This document shows, in pieces, positions 1 through 12,537 of a stretch of 64,000 nucleotides of DNA (position 1 is the first letter of the stretch; every line of letters begins with the position of its first letter). The stretch covers positions 10,106,001 through 10,170,000 of the forward strand of contig JBHGNT010000009.1 in assembly GCA_043228905.1 (NCBI GenBank). The letters run 5' to 3'. The notes beneath the pieces were generated by a model. The model ran no database searches. It was not told where the DNA came from and worked only from the letters and a program-made list of their open reading frames with translations. Position numbers and translations under genes: made by a program. This DNA is from Azolla caroliniana (lineage: Eukaryota; Plantae; Polypodiophyta).

Positions 1-1010
1 TCGAAGGAGGAGACTTTCTAATACTCCTCCTGTACGTGGACGACATGTTGATCGTCGGACGGGACCAGGTCAAGATACGGATGCTGAAGAAGGCTCTTCA
101 CCGAACCTTCTCAATGAAGGACCTGGGTCCGGCGAGACAAATACTAGGGATGCACATCATCCGGGACCGGAAGAAGAAGCAGTTGTGGCTGTCACAGGAG
201 AAGTACGTGACGAAGGTGCTTCACCGGTTCAACATGTCGGAAGCAAGACCGGTCGGATCGACCCTCCCGGCAAACTGCAAGCTGTCCAGCAAGCAAAGTC
301 CCAAGACAAAGGCTGAAAAGGAGGATATGATGAAAGTGCCATATGCCTCAGCCGTCGGGAGCTTGATGTACGCCATGGTGTGTACGAGACCGGACATAGG
401 ATATGCAGTCGGAGTGGTGAGCCGGTACATGAGCAATCCCGGCAAAGAGCATTGGAACGCGGCCAAGTGGATACTCCGATACCTGAAGGGCACGGCAAAC
501 GTGTGCCTCCGATTCGGCTCCGGTAAGCCCGAACTCGACGGCTTCACCGATTCGGATATGTCGGCTGATGCAGATACCAGCCGGTCCACATCAGGGTATG
601 TGATGACGTATGCAGGGGGAGCTGTTTCGTGGCAGTCGAGGCTGCAGAAGACGGTTGCGTTGTCAACCACGGAGGCGGAGTACATGGCAGCTGTTGAAGC
701 CGGCAAGGAAATAATATGGATGAAGGACTTCATTAGAGAGCTCGGTATCCGGCAGGAGGAGTACCGACTCTACTGCGACAGTCAGAGTGCAATCCACCTT
801 GCGAAGAACGCGGCCTATCACTCCCGGACGAAGCACATCCAGCGAAGATATCACTGGATCCGGGAAAGGATAGAAGACAAGCAGTTCGTGCTGACAAAGA
901 TCCACACGGACGAGAATGGGTCGGATATGCTGACCAAGGTGCTCACACCCGACAAGCTGGAAGCATGCCGGAAGAGGATCGGATTGGAAAGACATCCCAT
1001 GCCGAAGTGA
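1..1010 (+). CDS. Ty1/copia pol C-terminus (RT end + RNase H), open frame running in from the window start
   Basis: LLLYVDDMLI, MKDLG, VPYASAVGSLMYAMVCTRPDI, TDSD, SRSTSGY, STTEAEYMA, RTKHI and DMLTK motifs; stop at 1008-1010. Confidence 0.95.
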   Translation, partial: EGGDFLILLLYVDDMLIVGRDQVKIRMLKKALHRTFSMKDLGPARQILGMHIIRDRKKKQLWLSQEKYVTKVLHRFNMSEARPVGSTLPANCKLSSKQSPKTKAEKEDMMKVPYASAVGSLMYAMVCTRPDIGYAVGVVSRYMSNPGKEHWNAAKWILRYLKGTANVCLRFGSGKPELDGFTDSDMSADADTSRSTSGYVMTYAGGAVSWQSRLQKTVALSTTEAEYMAAVEAGKEIIWMKDFIRELGIRQEEYRLYCDSQSAIHLAKNAAYHSRTKHIQRRYHWIRERIEDKQFVLTKIHTDENGSDMLTKVLTPDKLEACRKRIGLERHPMPK

Positions 1011-1020
1011 AGGGGGAGTT

Positions 1021-1628
1021 TGTTGGAATTACGGTCCCTTCGGATGGGATGGTCGGATTTCGGAGATGAATGCCGACAAGCCCGGTTTCGGTTTCGGAAC
1101 CGGATGAGGAAGACCCCGACTTCGGAGCCGGATGACGAATGTACCCGGAGAGCGATCCGAATGCAGGGACATATCCGTGAATATGTCTGCTATGGGCCCC
1201 TGAGGCTATAGTTGTAAATAGCCCCAAAGTCATATATGTATAAATATGACTTAGGGCAAACTGTTTTAGTGTTGCTGATCATTTTTCTGTTTTTCCACTC
1301 AAGAGGAGTGAAGAGGGAGCAGCCGTGAGAGAGAGAGAGATAGAGCGCGAGAGAGAAAGAGGACGACGCCTCTGTGTATTTCCGCCGCCTGTGGCGAGGA
1401 CAGCGAGCTCAAGGTCGTCGCCTTGGAGCTCGTCATTGTATACTTCTCTTTGTATAGTGTTGTTTGGAGTCTTGTACTCCCGTGGTTTTTCCCATCTAGG
1501 GTTTTCCACGTTAATCCCTGTGTACTCGTTGTGGTTCTCCGTTTGGTTCCTATTTTCTGCTGCATTGATCCGCGATTACTCGGTTGTGGCCGAGTGGTGA
1601 AGGTGAATCGAAGCGTTGATTCCCAACA
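1021..1628 (+). repeat. 3' LTR of copia element
   Basis: Preceded by PPT GAAGGGGGAG(TT); starts TGTTGGAAT and ends ATTCCCAACA (terminal inverted repeat); TATA-like TATAAAT at ~1238 and GA-rich leader. Confidence 0.85.
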
Positions 1629-1725
1629 TAACCGAATCAAGGTATTGTGGTAGGAAGGAGAGGTAGGTTTCGGAATGTCACGCCAACACTGTACTTAGTT
1701 GGATTCGTGACATGAGGTAGCTCTA

Positions 1726-2205
1726 TGTAGATGTTACCTAGGTATCTCACACTAGAGATAGCCCCCAACCGTCTGCTCCAGACGAAACTTGTCAATACAG
1801 ATGATCGCTTCGAGGCCCAAAAGGGGTGCAGGGTATGGATTTCTGCCAAATCGGCTCCCAATGAGGCATGCACACAATTTCATAGTAAGAATAATACACT
1901 TAGAGACTTTAGAGATAAAACATAGGGTTTCCCCATGAGCACAGAATTATATTAATGATACAGAACTATTACAAGGAAAATTGATCGACTATCGGTTATG
2001 ACTCTCGACTCTCTCAGAACATGCGCACCTGTCTGTACAGTTCTCTCGTTTATCAATATAGTCATGCCCTCCTCTCAATCACACATACTTATATAAGAAT
2101 CTTTGCTTCCTATTTATGGGAAGCAAGGTCGATTACAAAATGTTACAAATCATTAATTGTTTAGGCTTTATCATTCCACCCTACTCGGTTATCGGCTAGC
2201 TCCAC
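1726..2205 (-). repeat. Probable LTR fragment in reverse orientation
   Basis: Edge TGTAGA resembles the LTR edge at 16171; TATA-like element at ~2090; non-coding. No partner LTR seen, so boundaries are approximate. Confidence 0.3.
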
Positions 2206-2289
2206 TTGTTTGTCTTTTTCCCGATTTGGTTCTGACCTATACTTGGCCTTCTGTCCCTTTTCACACCTTTGGCCGTCCTGCCCGGCCAA

Positions 2290-3128
2290 CAGCTTGCCAT
2301 GGTCGAGAATTAGACTAACGAAAAGCTCAAATGCCTATGGTCGGACAATAGAGGAGAATACAAGCCAGATGAATTTGTCAACTTTTGCTGACAACGCGGC
2401 ATTTGACATGAATTTATGGCTCCACACAGTCCGAGCAGAATGGAATCATAGAAAGTATGGACAGAACAATTCAGAAGTGAATTGTTGCTATGTTGCACCA
2501 TTCCAAACTCTCGAATGGCTTCTGGGCCAAGGCACTACTTAATGTTGTACATATCATCAATATGTCTCTAAGTAAACCTCTTGAACTGAAGATTTCGCAA
2601 GAGCTCTGGACCGGCAAGGAACCAAATTATGGAAACTTGCAGATTTTCGGTCGTGAAGCATATGCGTTTGTACCAAAAGATGAACACCAAAAGCTTGGAC
2701 AGAGGTCGAGAAAATGTGTTTTTCTCAGATATGAACCTATGAACCTAACAACAATTTTAGGTACCGACTTTGGGACCCGAAGAGTTGACAAATCGTCTGA
2801 AGTTCGGACATTGTGTTCAATGAGTCGGAAATGCATAAGCCAACCAATTGTCCTATTGAATCAAGAAGAGTCACATTCGCGGACGTGTTGAGCCCTTACG
2901 ATGGCTCAATGCAAAACACAAGAGCGACCACATGGAAAGTTGCCCCTATGGATCAAAGTATGACTACAGCCAACACTTCAGAACAAGTTGTTTGAGCAAG
3001 ACACTTAAGTTGCGATCCAGAAGGTGGATAGACTGTAACTGAGGAGACGATCATCAGTGGTGATTCGGCGAGCCCAGTTGTCCTAAGAAGATCTAAAAAA
3101 TTGCCTCAACCACCAGAGAGGTACTATC
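2290..3128 (+). pseudogene. Degenerate copia integrase (5' part of the host element split by the insertion at 3129)
   Basis: Fragments SDNRGEY, HTVR-QNG, FWAKA, ELWTGKEPNY, IFGREAYAFVPK, SRKCVF; frameshifted. Confidence 0.85.
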
Positions 3129-3567
3129 TGTTGCTGTTTAGGAACACGGTCCACGGTCAATCCTTCGACGTAGACCTCAAAGTGGGTGTGGAACAACGAA
3201 TAGGGGTTTAAGTGTAATGCGTAAGGGAAGAACCCCTGTAACCTATCAACGTATACGGGGAGATGGCTACAACCGAATCCCTATCAAGGGTTATACTACG
3301 CACTCAAACTCTTAAGTATTCAAGACACACACACTGAATTAGCTGTAGCTATACACAGAAGATCAGAAAAGATAGAATTCTATTATCAGGCGTTTCTTTA
3401 CATTCCCAAAATTACACGCACCTTCATCAGAGGTTTTCTGCCCTTTATATGTGCAGGGTCTAATTAGCCGTTCACGCTTCCTGCGTGAACCGTTACATGC
3501 GTTATGCTCTTATATAATTTCTTATTCCTACGCTTTTGTCCGTCGGTTACTATTCCGCCGGACAACA
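3129..3567 (-). repeat. 3' LTR of E1
   Basis: Direct repeat of 12094-12532; TATA (CATATAAAGGG) on the minus strand. Confidence 0.95.
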
Positions 3568-3610
3568 CTTGGCACGCCTGTGGGACAGTGCCCTGGCACG
3601 TCGGACCCAT
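3568..3610 (-). other. tRNA-3'-half-like motif in place of PPT (E1)
   Basis: Minus strand reads ATGGGTCCGA-CGTGCCAGGGCACT-GTCCCACAGGCGTGCCA-AG then LTR TG; no purine tract. Confidence 0.85.
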
Positions 3611-3614
3611 CCCG

Positions 3615-6384
3615 TTAATCTTCTTCCAAAATGGGCCGGATGTTCGGCTCTGCTGTGGTGTCCTCACCTGGAGGTGATGTAGGGACCGTAGGTGCATCGT
3701 GGTGTGGCTCCTCTATTTGGTTGGGCTGGTTTCTCCTGCAGTCGCCCTCGCCGTGTGTGGGTGGTCCGGGTACGATGGGCTCTTCTTGAGTTAGTGGGTT
3801 GGGCTCCGCCGTTGTCGTGCTTGCAGTCGGCTGTGGCTCTGCCTCTATTGTTACGTCCTCTGTGGTGTTGGCCGTTTTTGTGTGTTCCTGGGAGTGGGGC
3901 GGAGATTTCGCCTGGTCCGCACCGTTCTCCGCGTGGTCTGATGATAGTGTGGGCTCGTGCGGCTGGACCTCTTGTTGGGTCGTGGTTTCACTGTCTGGTC
4001 CTGTGGGGAACTCCGCTCATCGGTCCCCGCTATTGTCCATTGTTGTCATCTCTGGTGATCAGGCCTGAGGTTCCTCTTCTTCGGCTGTGCCCAGAATTGG
4101 CGTCGCGATGGATTCCTCGTTTGTGTGCGTGTTGCTGGCTTGTGTGATATGGTGAAATAGCTCCTCCTGACTTTCACCAAAATCATCTAAGAGCTGTGTG
4201 AGTTCTTTGGAGTGTTGGTCTGCTAGCGCACGATAGTCTTGCGCTAGGTCCTCCCGTACGGTCGCAATGCTCTCCTCATTTAGTTTATAGAAACCTCGAC
4301 CGTCTTTTCGCCGGTTCTCCCAGTCCACACGATACACATGCAATTCCGCTGCTTGGGTTGCCCACGCCATCCATCCTTTGTCCAGCGCCGTTTTCAATTG
4401 CGCTGTGAACCTCTCCCGATTTGTTTGGAGAAGGATCCGCATGTTATCTGTGATGGCGTGGTAGCGGTTGCGTGCGTCTTCCATCGACTTCTGGAGATTT
4501 GCGATTTCCTACTGTTTAACCGCTGCCGCCTCCTCATACGTGGCCTTCAGGCCCGCCCACAGCTGGGATTCTTTTGCATGTTGTTCTTCTAATTTCCCCA
4601 TCTCATTGTTTAGGCGGATTTCGAGCTGATGCCTTCTGTCTTGTTCGACCACCAACTGCTCATCGAACCATACCTTCTTTGTTTCTAATAAGGCCCGAAG
4701 TCCCGCTATTGCCGCCTCCGATTTCTTCGCGTCCTCTCGTAATTGTGCGTTGTCGTCCTTTGTCCGGATGTGCTGAGCTACCTCCGTAACTAGTTTCTCT
4801 TCAAGAGTTTTTATTGCCTTCCGTCCGTTAGCCCGTATCTCCTTTTCTCTGTCTGAGGATTGGCGTAGTTCTGCTCGAAGGCGATCAATTTCTGATTCCG
4901 CTAGCTGCACGGCCCTTTTTGCTTTTGAGACGATGGTGGTTTGAGCCTCGATTTCTTCTTTTAGAGCGTCGATGTCGTGGTTCGGTGGTGGGGTTGCGTG
5001 TTGCGTCGTAGTCGCGTGAGCTTCCAACTCCGCAATGCGTGCGTTGGCTTTTTGTAGTTCGGCCTCGGTCAGTTTAACCTTCTTCCAGACATTCTTATTT
5101 TTTATGGCCATCTCCTTGGCACCCGTGCTGACCTTTGCCAGTTCCCGATGAACTTCGACTAGGGCCGTGTTTAAGGGCGGTATCTCCATCCCCACTCGGC
5201 GTACCCCGGCGTTCCTCTGTCTGCCGACCCTGGCTAGCTGGTCCTCATTGTCGCTCTCCGTTGTTTGTGTTAGGGCACGCTCGATCATCTGGTGTTCCGC
5301 ATGCTCCTCGGCCATTCGTTGGGTGGCTTTGACCTGTTGTGTTGCCAGGAACTCCATGAGCTCAAAAGAAGTACCGAATTGAAAGAGGGCGCTGAACTTG
5401 TGGGCCGTATCCGGGATATCCGGATATGCCAAGACCTCGCTTTCCGCCGTAAATACGGCTTTCCCTCGTTGGGACTGGGTCGTAATAATTGGTCGTGGCT
5501 CTCAGATGATTTCAAAGGTGGTATTCGGTTCCGTTGCTTCGGAGCCTTCGCCTTCGATCGGTGTCTCCGTCGCCGTGGGGGCGTTTTTTACCAACCCCCG
5601 CCCATCTTTCCTGTCCAATTTGCGCCGTTTTGGTCTGGGGCTTTCCCGCCGTGTTTCGGTGTCTGGTTCTGGGGGCTGCTTCCATGGAGCGTCTCGGCTG
5701 TTCCTCCTGCGTTGTCCGTGTGTCCGGTTGGTCGGTAGGAGGTGTTGTCCTTGGGTCTGGCTGGGCCGGTTGGGGTTCCTCTTCCCACTTTGGGGCCGAT
5801 AACTCCGCTAACCTGCGTTTCGCGGATCGGGGTGGGGCCGTGGTTTGGCTGGGCTGTGGTGTTGGCAGGCCTCGGGGTGGAAATAGTACCTTCAGGTATT
5901 GTTGGATGATCGGCCTGAGCTTTTTGCCTGCTTGGTATGCATGCAAGCCTTCCCTTAACACTGGCCCTGTGATGACCCCCCAGTCAACGACACGCCCTTC
6001 AAAGGTATCGATAATGATGCCCGCCTTCTGCTTAGACATCCCATATGCGTTGACATGTATGCAGCCGACTTCTAGCAGGAACTTGGCAACTTCACGGAAG
6101 AAGGGATCCGAAATCTGTTTTGTTCTATAGGCCTTGGCGGAGGAGGAATATGGCCCAAAATACCGTTGCAGCGCCTCTGTAGGAGGTATTTCGAAATGTC
6201 GTTCGCCTAGTGAGGATATGTCCAACTTCTTCCGGTTGGAAGAGTTGGTGACCGTGTCGATGTTAAGCTTCCTGGCAATGTCCATAGCGTCGGGGTGTGG
6301 AGGTGCTTCTGCGACCCGGATGTAACCATCCAGGTGTTTCTCCACGAGCCATCGGCGTAGGGCAGTAGAGATGAAGATCGGCAT
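3615..6384 (-). pseudogene. Accessory ORF3 of E1 (env-position, coiled-coil), broken into several frames
   Basis: ORFs 5512-6573, 4509-5432 and 4059-4484 align in order with the 822-aa ORF at 49691 (MPI..LRRWL, AEA.PHP, QFGTS, GW..W..QAAEL, G.GF.K); C-terminus EPNIRPILEED*. Confidence 0.85.
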
Positions 6385-6780
6385 CGCCAGAGTAGGTTCG
6401 TGGGTAGGAGACGGGTGGTTGTGGTGAGTTGGAGCTCTGAGATAGGATGGGGAAGAAGGTGAGGGGGAGGAGCGATGGGAGCGCTGATAGCTAGAAGATG
6501 GGTTTCTGCTTTGTGCAGAAAATCTTCTGTTTCCTTCTTTTTGTGGCTTAGGGTTCATTGGGCGGTGAGCCATCGTGGTGCCGTGTGTTCTTGAACTAGG
6601 AGTTTGTGCATGCCTTTAGTCGTTTTAATAGTCGCTATCTTCTCCTTTTTCCTTATTTATTTTTTTTATTTTATTTTTTCGTAACGGTTATTTACAACCT
6701 ATTTTTACATTATAGTACAAATGGGCTGTCTATTTTATGCTGCGGGTTCTCCGGCTCTGTCCCGTTCAGCGGTGAATGGG

Positions 6781-9700
6781 TTAGGTGGCGTAGGGCCCAG
6801 GTAAGGTTTGAGCTGAAACCCATTCACCTTTTGCCGTACTACTTCTCCAGCTAGCGTTCCTAGTTGGAACGTGCCTTGTTCCGCTCCAATTATCTAGTAT
6901 GGGCCCAGTCCAGTGGAAACGTAACTTCCCCGACATATGGCCCATGCGCGTTTGAAAAACTAGCACCGCTCGGCCCATAACGAACTCCTTTTCCCTTGCG
7001 TTCCAATGTCGATCCACAAATGCTTTACGCCGTCGTTGTTCCTGTTCCAACACAGCCATGGTGTGGACGCGTTTTTCCCCTAGTTCGAGGAGCTGGTAGA
7101 GCCGTACCTCCTCCGACTTGGCTTCTGATAATCGGTTTCGTACCTGAATGCGCAAACTAGGTACCTGAAATTCGACCGGCATCACAGCCTCCAGTCCAAA
7201 TGCTAGTCGGAACGGTGTTGACTGTATGCTTGTTTTGTAACTAGTTCTGTACGCCCATAACGCACTCTGTAGTTTGGTATCCCAGTCCGTTCTATTTTCA
7301 TTGACGGTTTTCTTCAAAATGGTCTGTAATGTCTTGTTGGTGGATTTTGCTAATCCATTCGCTTGCGGATAATATGGCGTGCTCTTCTTGTGGACTACAG
7401 CGTAACAATGTGTTAGTTCCTGAACCACCGTATTGAGAAAGTGACTCCCCTAGTCACTGATGACCTCAATCGGACAGCCGAACCAGCACCAAATGTGCTC
7501 GTAAAGGAATTTGGCTGTGACGGCCGCCGTATTTTCACGTAGTGCCTTTGCTTCTACCCATTTGGTGCAGTAATCCATGGCTACGAATATGGATTTATTG
7601 CCCGTACGGGCCGCCGCTGGTGTGAAGGGCCCAACAAAATCCAATCCCCACTTTTGGAAGGGGTCTAGCGGTAATACGGGCTGGTGTGGCATCCTTGCGT
7701 CCTCCACGGGCTGACCCATCTGTTGACACAAATCACACTTCCTACAATACTCGGATGCATCCTTCTGCATTATTGGCCACCATAAGCCCGCCTGCCATAC
7801 TTTCCGGGCTATCACGTCGCTCGCGTAATGGCCACCTACCGTGCCATAGTGTGCCTCCCGTAAAACTGCTTCCTTCTCATCCTGGCGGACCCCACATCGC
7901 CAAATGCCATCACTTCCTTTGTGATATAAAATTCCTTCGACGAGGCAGAAGTGACGGCTTCGGATGGCTAGTCGTTTCTTCTCGTCCGTGCGTAATTGTG
8001 GTGGAGGTAGTCCTGTATTTAAAAAGTATGTCATTTCCATAAGCCACCGGTCCAGAAAGGTGGATTCCGTTTTTTCTACAAGTGTCACTACTGTTTCTAT
8101 ACTGTACTGTTTCTCCATTCTTGAGTCTGCTCAAAAAATCCGCCACTGCGTGTTGCGTCCTTGGTCGGTGCTGAATTACGAAATCGAATTCCTACAGCAG
8201 CAGCATTCACTGCGCCAATTTCCCTGGCAGGGCTTGTTTCTCCACCAAATACAATAATGCCGAATGATCCACGTGGAACGTGAATTTCCTTCCTAATAAA
8301 TAGTGTCGGAATTTATTGATGCTATAGATCATCCCTAGCGCCTCCCACTCTGTTGTGGAATAGTTACGCTCTGCTGCTGACAATTTACGACTTGCGTAGT
8401 ATATTGGCCTGTACCAGTTTGGTTCGGTGAGCTGCATTAGTGCGCTTCCTATTGCTACGTCTGAGGCGTCGACGAACACGTGGAATGGCTTCGCCCAAAC
8501 TTGTGGTTGTACGACGGGAGCCTGTGTGAGCATTATCTTAAGTGCCTCATAGGCCTTATCCTCCGTTACAGTCCATTAGAAGGGAGTCCGATGTACGACA
8601 GCGTGTAGCGGCGTGGCGAAGTCCGCCAAATACCGTATCATCCGACTATGCCACCGTATTTTCCCTAAAAACCGGCTAAGCGATTTGGCGTTTGTCGGAG
8701 TTTTAGCTTGCGTAATCACAGAGATCTTGTTTGGGTCGACCGCTATTCCCTCCTTGCTGACTATATGGCCTAGGAGAGTCCCGCTGGTCACGCCGAAGGC
8801 ACATTTCGCGGGATTCAGGCTTAAGCGTGCGGTGCGGCAACGTTCCAGGCACAGTCGTAAGTGCGTAAAATGGTCTATTGTTTTCCCATATACCGCAAAG
8901 TCGTCTAGAAAAACTTGCATGAACGCCGGAATGTATTCCCCAAAGATCTCCGTAATCGTTCGTTGAAATGTTGCCGACGCTGTCTTTAGCCCGAACATCA
9001 TGACGACTGCTACATATACTCCCCAGTCCATGACAAATGCCGTCTTCTCCTGGTCCTCGGGATGCATGCGTACCTAGTTATAGCCACTGAAGCCATCTAA
9101 GAAACTGTACATCTCATGGCCTGTGACGGTGTCCAACACGCTATCGGTGAAGGGTAAGGGAAATGCGTCCGTAATGGTTACGACGTTTAATTTTCGGTAA
9201 TCTACGCATACCCGTATTTTGCCATTTTTCTTTGGGACGACCACTATCGGGCTAAACCATGTCGCTTGTTGAACTGATCGTATGAACCCCGCCTTCAGGA
9301 GGTTGTCAATTTCTTCTTTCACGCGGGTTGCGTAATTGGGGTTCATGCAGTAGCGGCGCTGCTGAACGGGTTTCGCGTCAGTTGCTAAATTGATCTTATG
9401 CTGATAGAACTTGGGATCTAACCCCTTCATGTCCTCATGAGCCCACGCGAACACATCTTTATATTCCGTGAGTAGTGCAATCATCATGATTCTTTGGTCC
9501 GGCCTTAATTCCTTTGCGATGGAGAGGAACCGGGGCTTCGATTCTGTACCCACATTTACTTCTTCGAGAGCAGAAGCGGTGACTCGTCGTGAAATCTCCA
9601 TTTCCCTTTTGAATGCTGCTCGTGCTCTGCTGAGTTCTAATATGGACTTTGGGTTTGGTTCGTAAGGCTCGTTGTGGGGACCAGTGGCCGTGGCATATTC

Positions 9701-12050
9701 TGTCGTGGTTGTGATGACATCTATGTCGAACAACGGTATAATCTGAGGGTGTTCGTCGAGGTACGCCTCCAATTCTGCATCCTCCACCCCAGCTAGCATA
9801 TTTATGTCCTCTGCGTATAATGGTGTTATACCCTTAGGTTGTGGCGTGCTGCCTTCCGTAGGTACGCGAACCTTGGTGCGTCCATGCCGGAAACTGATAC
9901 ACTCGTGTTGCTAGCTTTGCTTGATATTTGCTGTCCGAAGCCATGGTCTGCCCAAAAGCACTAGGTACGTTCTTGGGGTGTCCAAAGCAAGGACAACCGC
10001 CGAGATGTCGAAGCGGTGTCCGCCCACGATGATGCCTATTTTGCGAATTAACCCCAACGGGCGCACTGAGCGGGTATCTACCATGCGGAGCCAAAATGGA
10101 CACGCCTCCCATTTGGAAATGCCTAACTGCTCGTAAGTTTTTGCGCTAATTACATTGACACCTGAGCTGCCGCTGATTACACATCCAGGAACTTCCTGTC
10201 CATGCAATATTACTGTAATAGCCGGGTTGTGCTGATCCACCACCAACGGTCCATCGCTGACGTCTGTCAGGTTTGTGGCGACACTTGCCCCGGGTATGCC
10301 CGTCACCCGTTCTTCCATGGTCTGGCGGAAGCGTGGAACTAGCTATAGCAGTTTTTCCACGGTTAACGTTATTTCACAGCCTGTTAACGCTTGCCAGATG
10401 GGGTCTCGACCCGGTCTTTCGTCCTCGGTTCGCTCCATTGTGTTCGCGGACTCCTACCGCATACGTTCCGTATTGGTCGCGTTTGCTTTTTCCACCCACG
10501 CTTGGGCTTGTCGGCGTACCTCGTCTTGCGCAACCCAATCCGCCATTTTTGTTTGCTGGCGTGTCGTGACTTGTTGCACCTCCGCCGTAATCGTATTGAC
10601 ATCGGGCCCCTTTCCCTTGCATGTTGGGCATTGCGTCGCATAATGTCCGGGTTGTTGACAAATAAAACAATGGATGCTTGATTCTCCCTTCTCGGCTCCA
10701 GATGGTGTGTGCCGCTCTCCGAGTGCTACTTGCTCTTCGCGGTCCAGCCTCGTTTGTCGGAATGTACGCGGGGGCTGCTGTTGGTCCCGTCGTTGTTCCT
10801 GGTGCCGCTCATCCCCCGAGCTTTCGTCGTAACGCCGGTGATCCCTATATTGTCGTGGCTTACCCCGATAGCCATTGAAGCCACCCCATTTGTTTGTCGG
10901 CCATTGATTCTCGTAGCGCCGACCCCCTTTGGCGTAATTCGGATGTGCACGATAATCCTCGTCCTCTGGGTCGTCCTCCTCGGAATCGTTGTGATTCTGG
11001 CGATTCCGGTTGTACCGGTCCTCCTGCGGGTTGCGATCCTTATACCGGAGTTGTTCTTCTTGCCTCCTTTGTTCAGCCCGGTGCGGTTGACGCTGTGTGT
11101 CCATGTTCCGGACTGCGAGAGTGGCTCTGTTTAACATATTGTACTCGCATTGGTCGACTGTGTGAGCCTTCAAGTGGCAGATTGGGCAGTGGATCCGCAT
11201 ATTGCACTCCACTGTGGAATGCCCCGAGTTCAAGCAAATCGTGCACTGGATTGCTTGACGAAATTGGCGTTCCTCATCCTGAGGTAACGCTTGCCGTAAG
11301 GAGGACATAGAAAACCTTTCCTCCTCGTCATCCAGCTCGAGCTGTAATGCTCATTCAATTACCATATCTGTTGTTTCCCCTTTCACGCTATTGTTGTTGA
11401 GCGTTGCCCGGATGGGCCGGCGTAAAGCTGCCAGAAATGTTTCCCGAGCCTCTTCCTCCGCGGGGCTTCGTTCCAGTTTCCGTCGTAAATTTTGGAACCA
11501 TAAGCTGAAGTCCACTATCGTCTCAGTCGGTAGTTGCTTAATTGTATAAAACTGCCTGAGAATCTTGCGTTGTGGAACCCTTTGATGGAAGAATCGCAAG
11601 AAAGCGGACTGTAGCTGATCGAAGGTTGTTATGGCTGGTAAATCCATCTGTGAATGCCAAAACGCCGCACGCCCATCTAGTGTTAATCAAAACTCCGTCA
11701 TTTTCGACTGGTGTGCCACCGTCTCAGAGAGATTCTGCGCCATGTGGTTCGCATTCCAGACGTTCAGGAACATGCGAATATGAGTGGCGACGCCGGTTTC
11801 GTAGTGGGAGCTACGACGGGTCGAGAAAGACCACAGGGTGGCTGTGGTCAGCGTGGTCCCCGCGTCTCATCGAGGTATTTGGTGGGGAGCGAAGAATCCC
11901 CTTTGCACTCACGGCAGGTAGTACTGAGGTCGCTAAGGCGCGACTTTTGCTGTGCACGTTCTTCTGCCTGGCGTGTGATAGACCTTGTTATTGGCTGGTC
12001 TTGTAGTGTTGGTTCTTTGGGTCGTCTGCGGCTAAACATCCATTCGTTGC
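6781..12050 (-). pseudogene. gag-pol of E1 (stops and frameshifts)
   Basis: Gag zinc knuckles (CTICLNSGH, CPICHLKAH, CFICQQPGHYATQC); PR (ISGSSGVNVI); RT (FLDGFSGYN, VFLDDFAVY); RH (DASD, YYASRKL); INT (HCC, WGLDFVGP, YYPQANGLA, GKLRFHWTGP). Confidence 0.93.
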
Positions 12051-12075
12051 TGCTCGTCTGTGAGAAAACACAGAT

Positions 12076-12089
12076 CACCAAGCGTGCCA
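12076..12089 (-). promoter_or_regulatory. Primer-binding site (tRNA-Arg-like) of E1
   Basis: Minus strand TGGCACGCTTGGTG, 4 nt after the 5' LTR end. Confidence 0.8.
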
Positions 12090-12093
12090 AAAG

Positions 12094-12532
12094 TGTTGCC
12101 GTTTAGGAACACGGTCCGCGGTCAGTCCTTCGACCTAGACCTCAAAGTGGGTGTGGAACAACGAACAGGGGTTTAAGTGTAATGCGTAAGGGAAGAACCC
12201 CTGTAACCTATCAGCGTATACGGGGAGACGGCTACAACCAAATCCCTATCAGGGGTTATACTACACACTCAAACGCTTAAGTATTCAAGACACACACACT
12301 GAATTAGCCGTAGCTATACATAGAAGATCAGAGAAGATAGAATTCTATTATCAGGCGTTTCTTTACATTCCCAAAATTACATGCACCTCCATCAGAGGTT
12401 TTCTACCCTTTATATTTGCAGGGTCTAATTAGCCGTTCACGCTTCCAGCGTGAATCGTTACATGCGTTATGCTCTTATATAATTTCTTATTCCTACGCTT
12501 TTGTCCGTCGGTTACTATTCCGGCGGACAACA
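12094..12532 (-). repeat. 5' LTR of E1
   Basis: Direct repeat of 3129-3567; followed by TSD CTATC. Confidence 0.95.
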
Positions 12533-12537
12533 CTATC

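Larger units (their letters stand above)
3129..12532 (-). mobile_element. Full-length Athila-like Ty3/gypsy LTR retrotransposon, copy E1 (degenerate ORFs)
   Basis: 439-bp LTRs at 3129-3567 and 12094-12532 (TG...CA, about 20 mismatches by eye); TSD CTATC at 3124-3128 and 12533-12537; gag-PR-RT-RH-INT order on the minus strand plus an extra ORF. Confidence 0.95.

Noticed and set aside
3692-6325. Many plus-strand ORFs of 60-200 aa (also elsewhere in the ORF track)
   Set aside because: Antisense or alternate-frame shadows of GC-rich retroelement and DUF247 coding sequence with no recognisable motifs.
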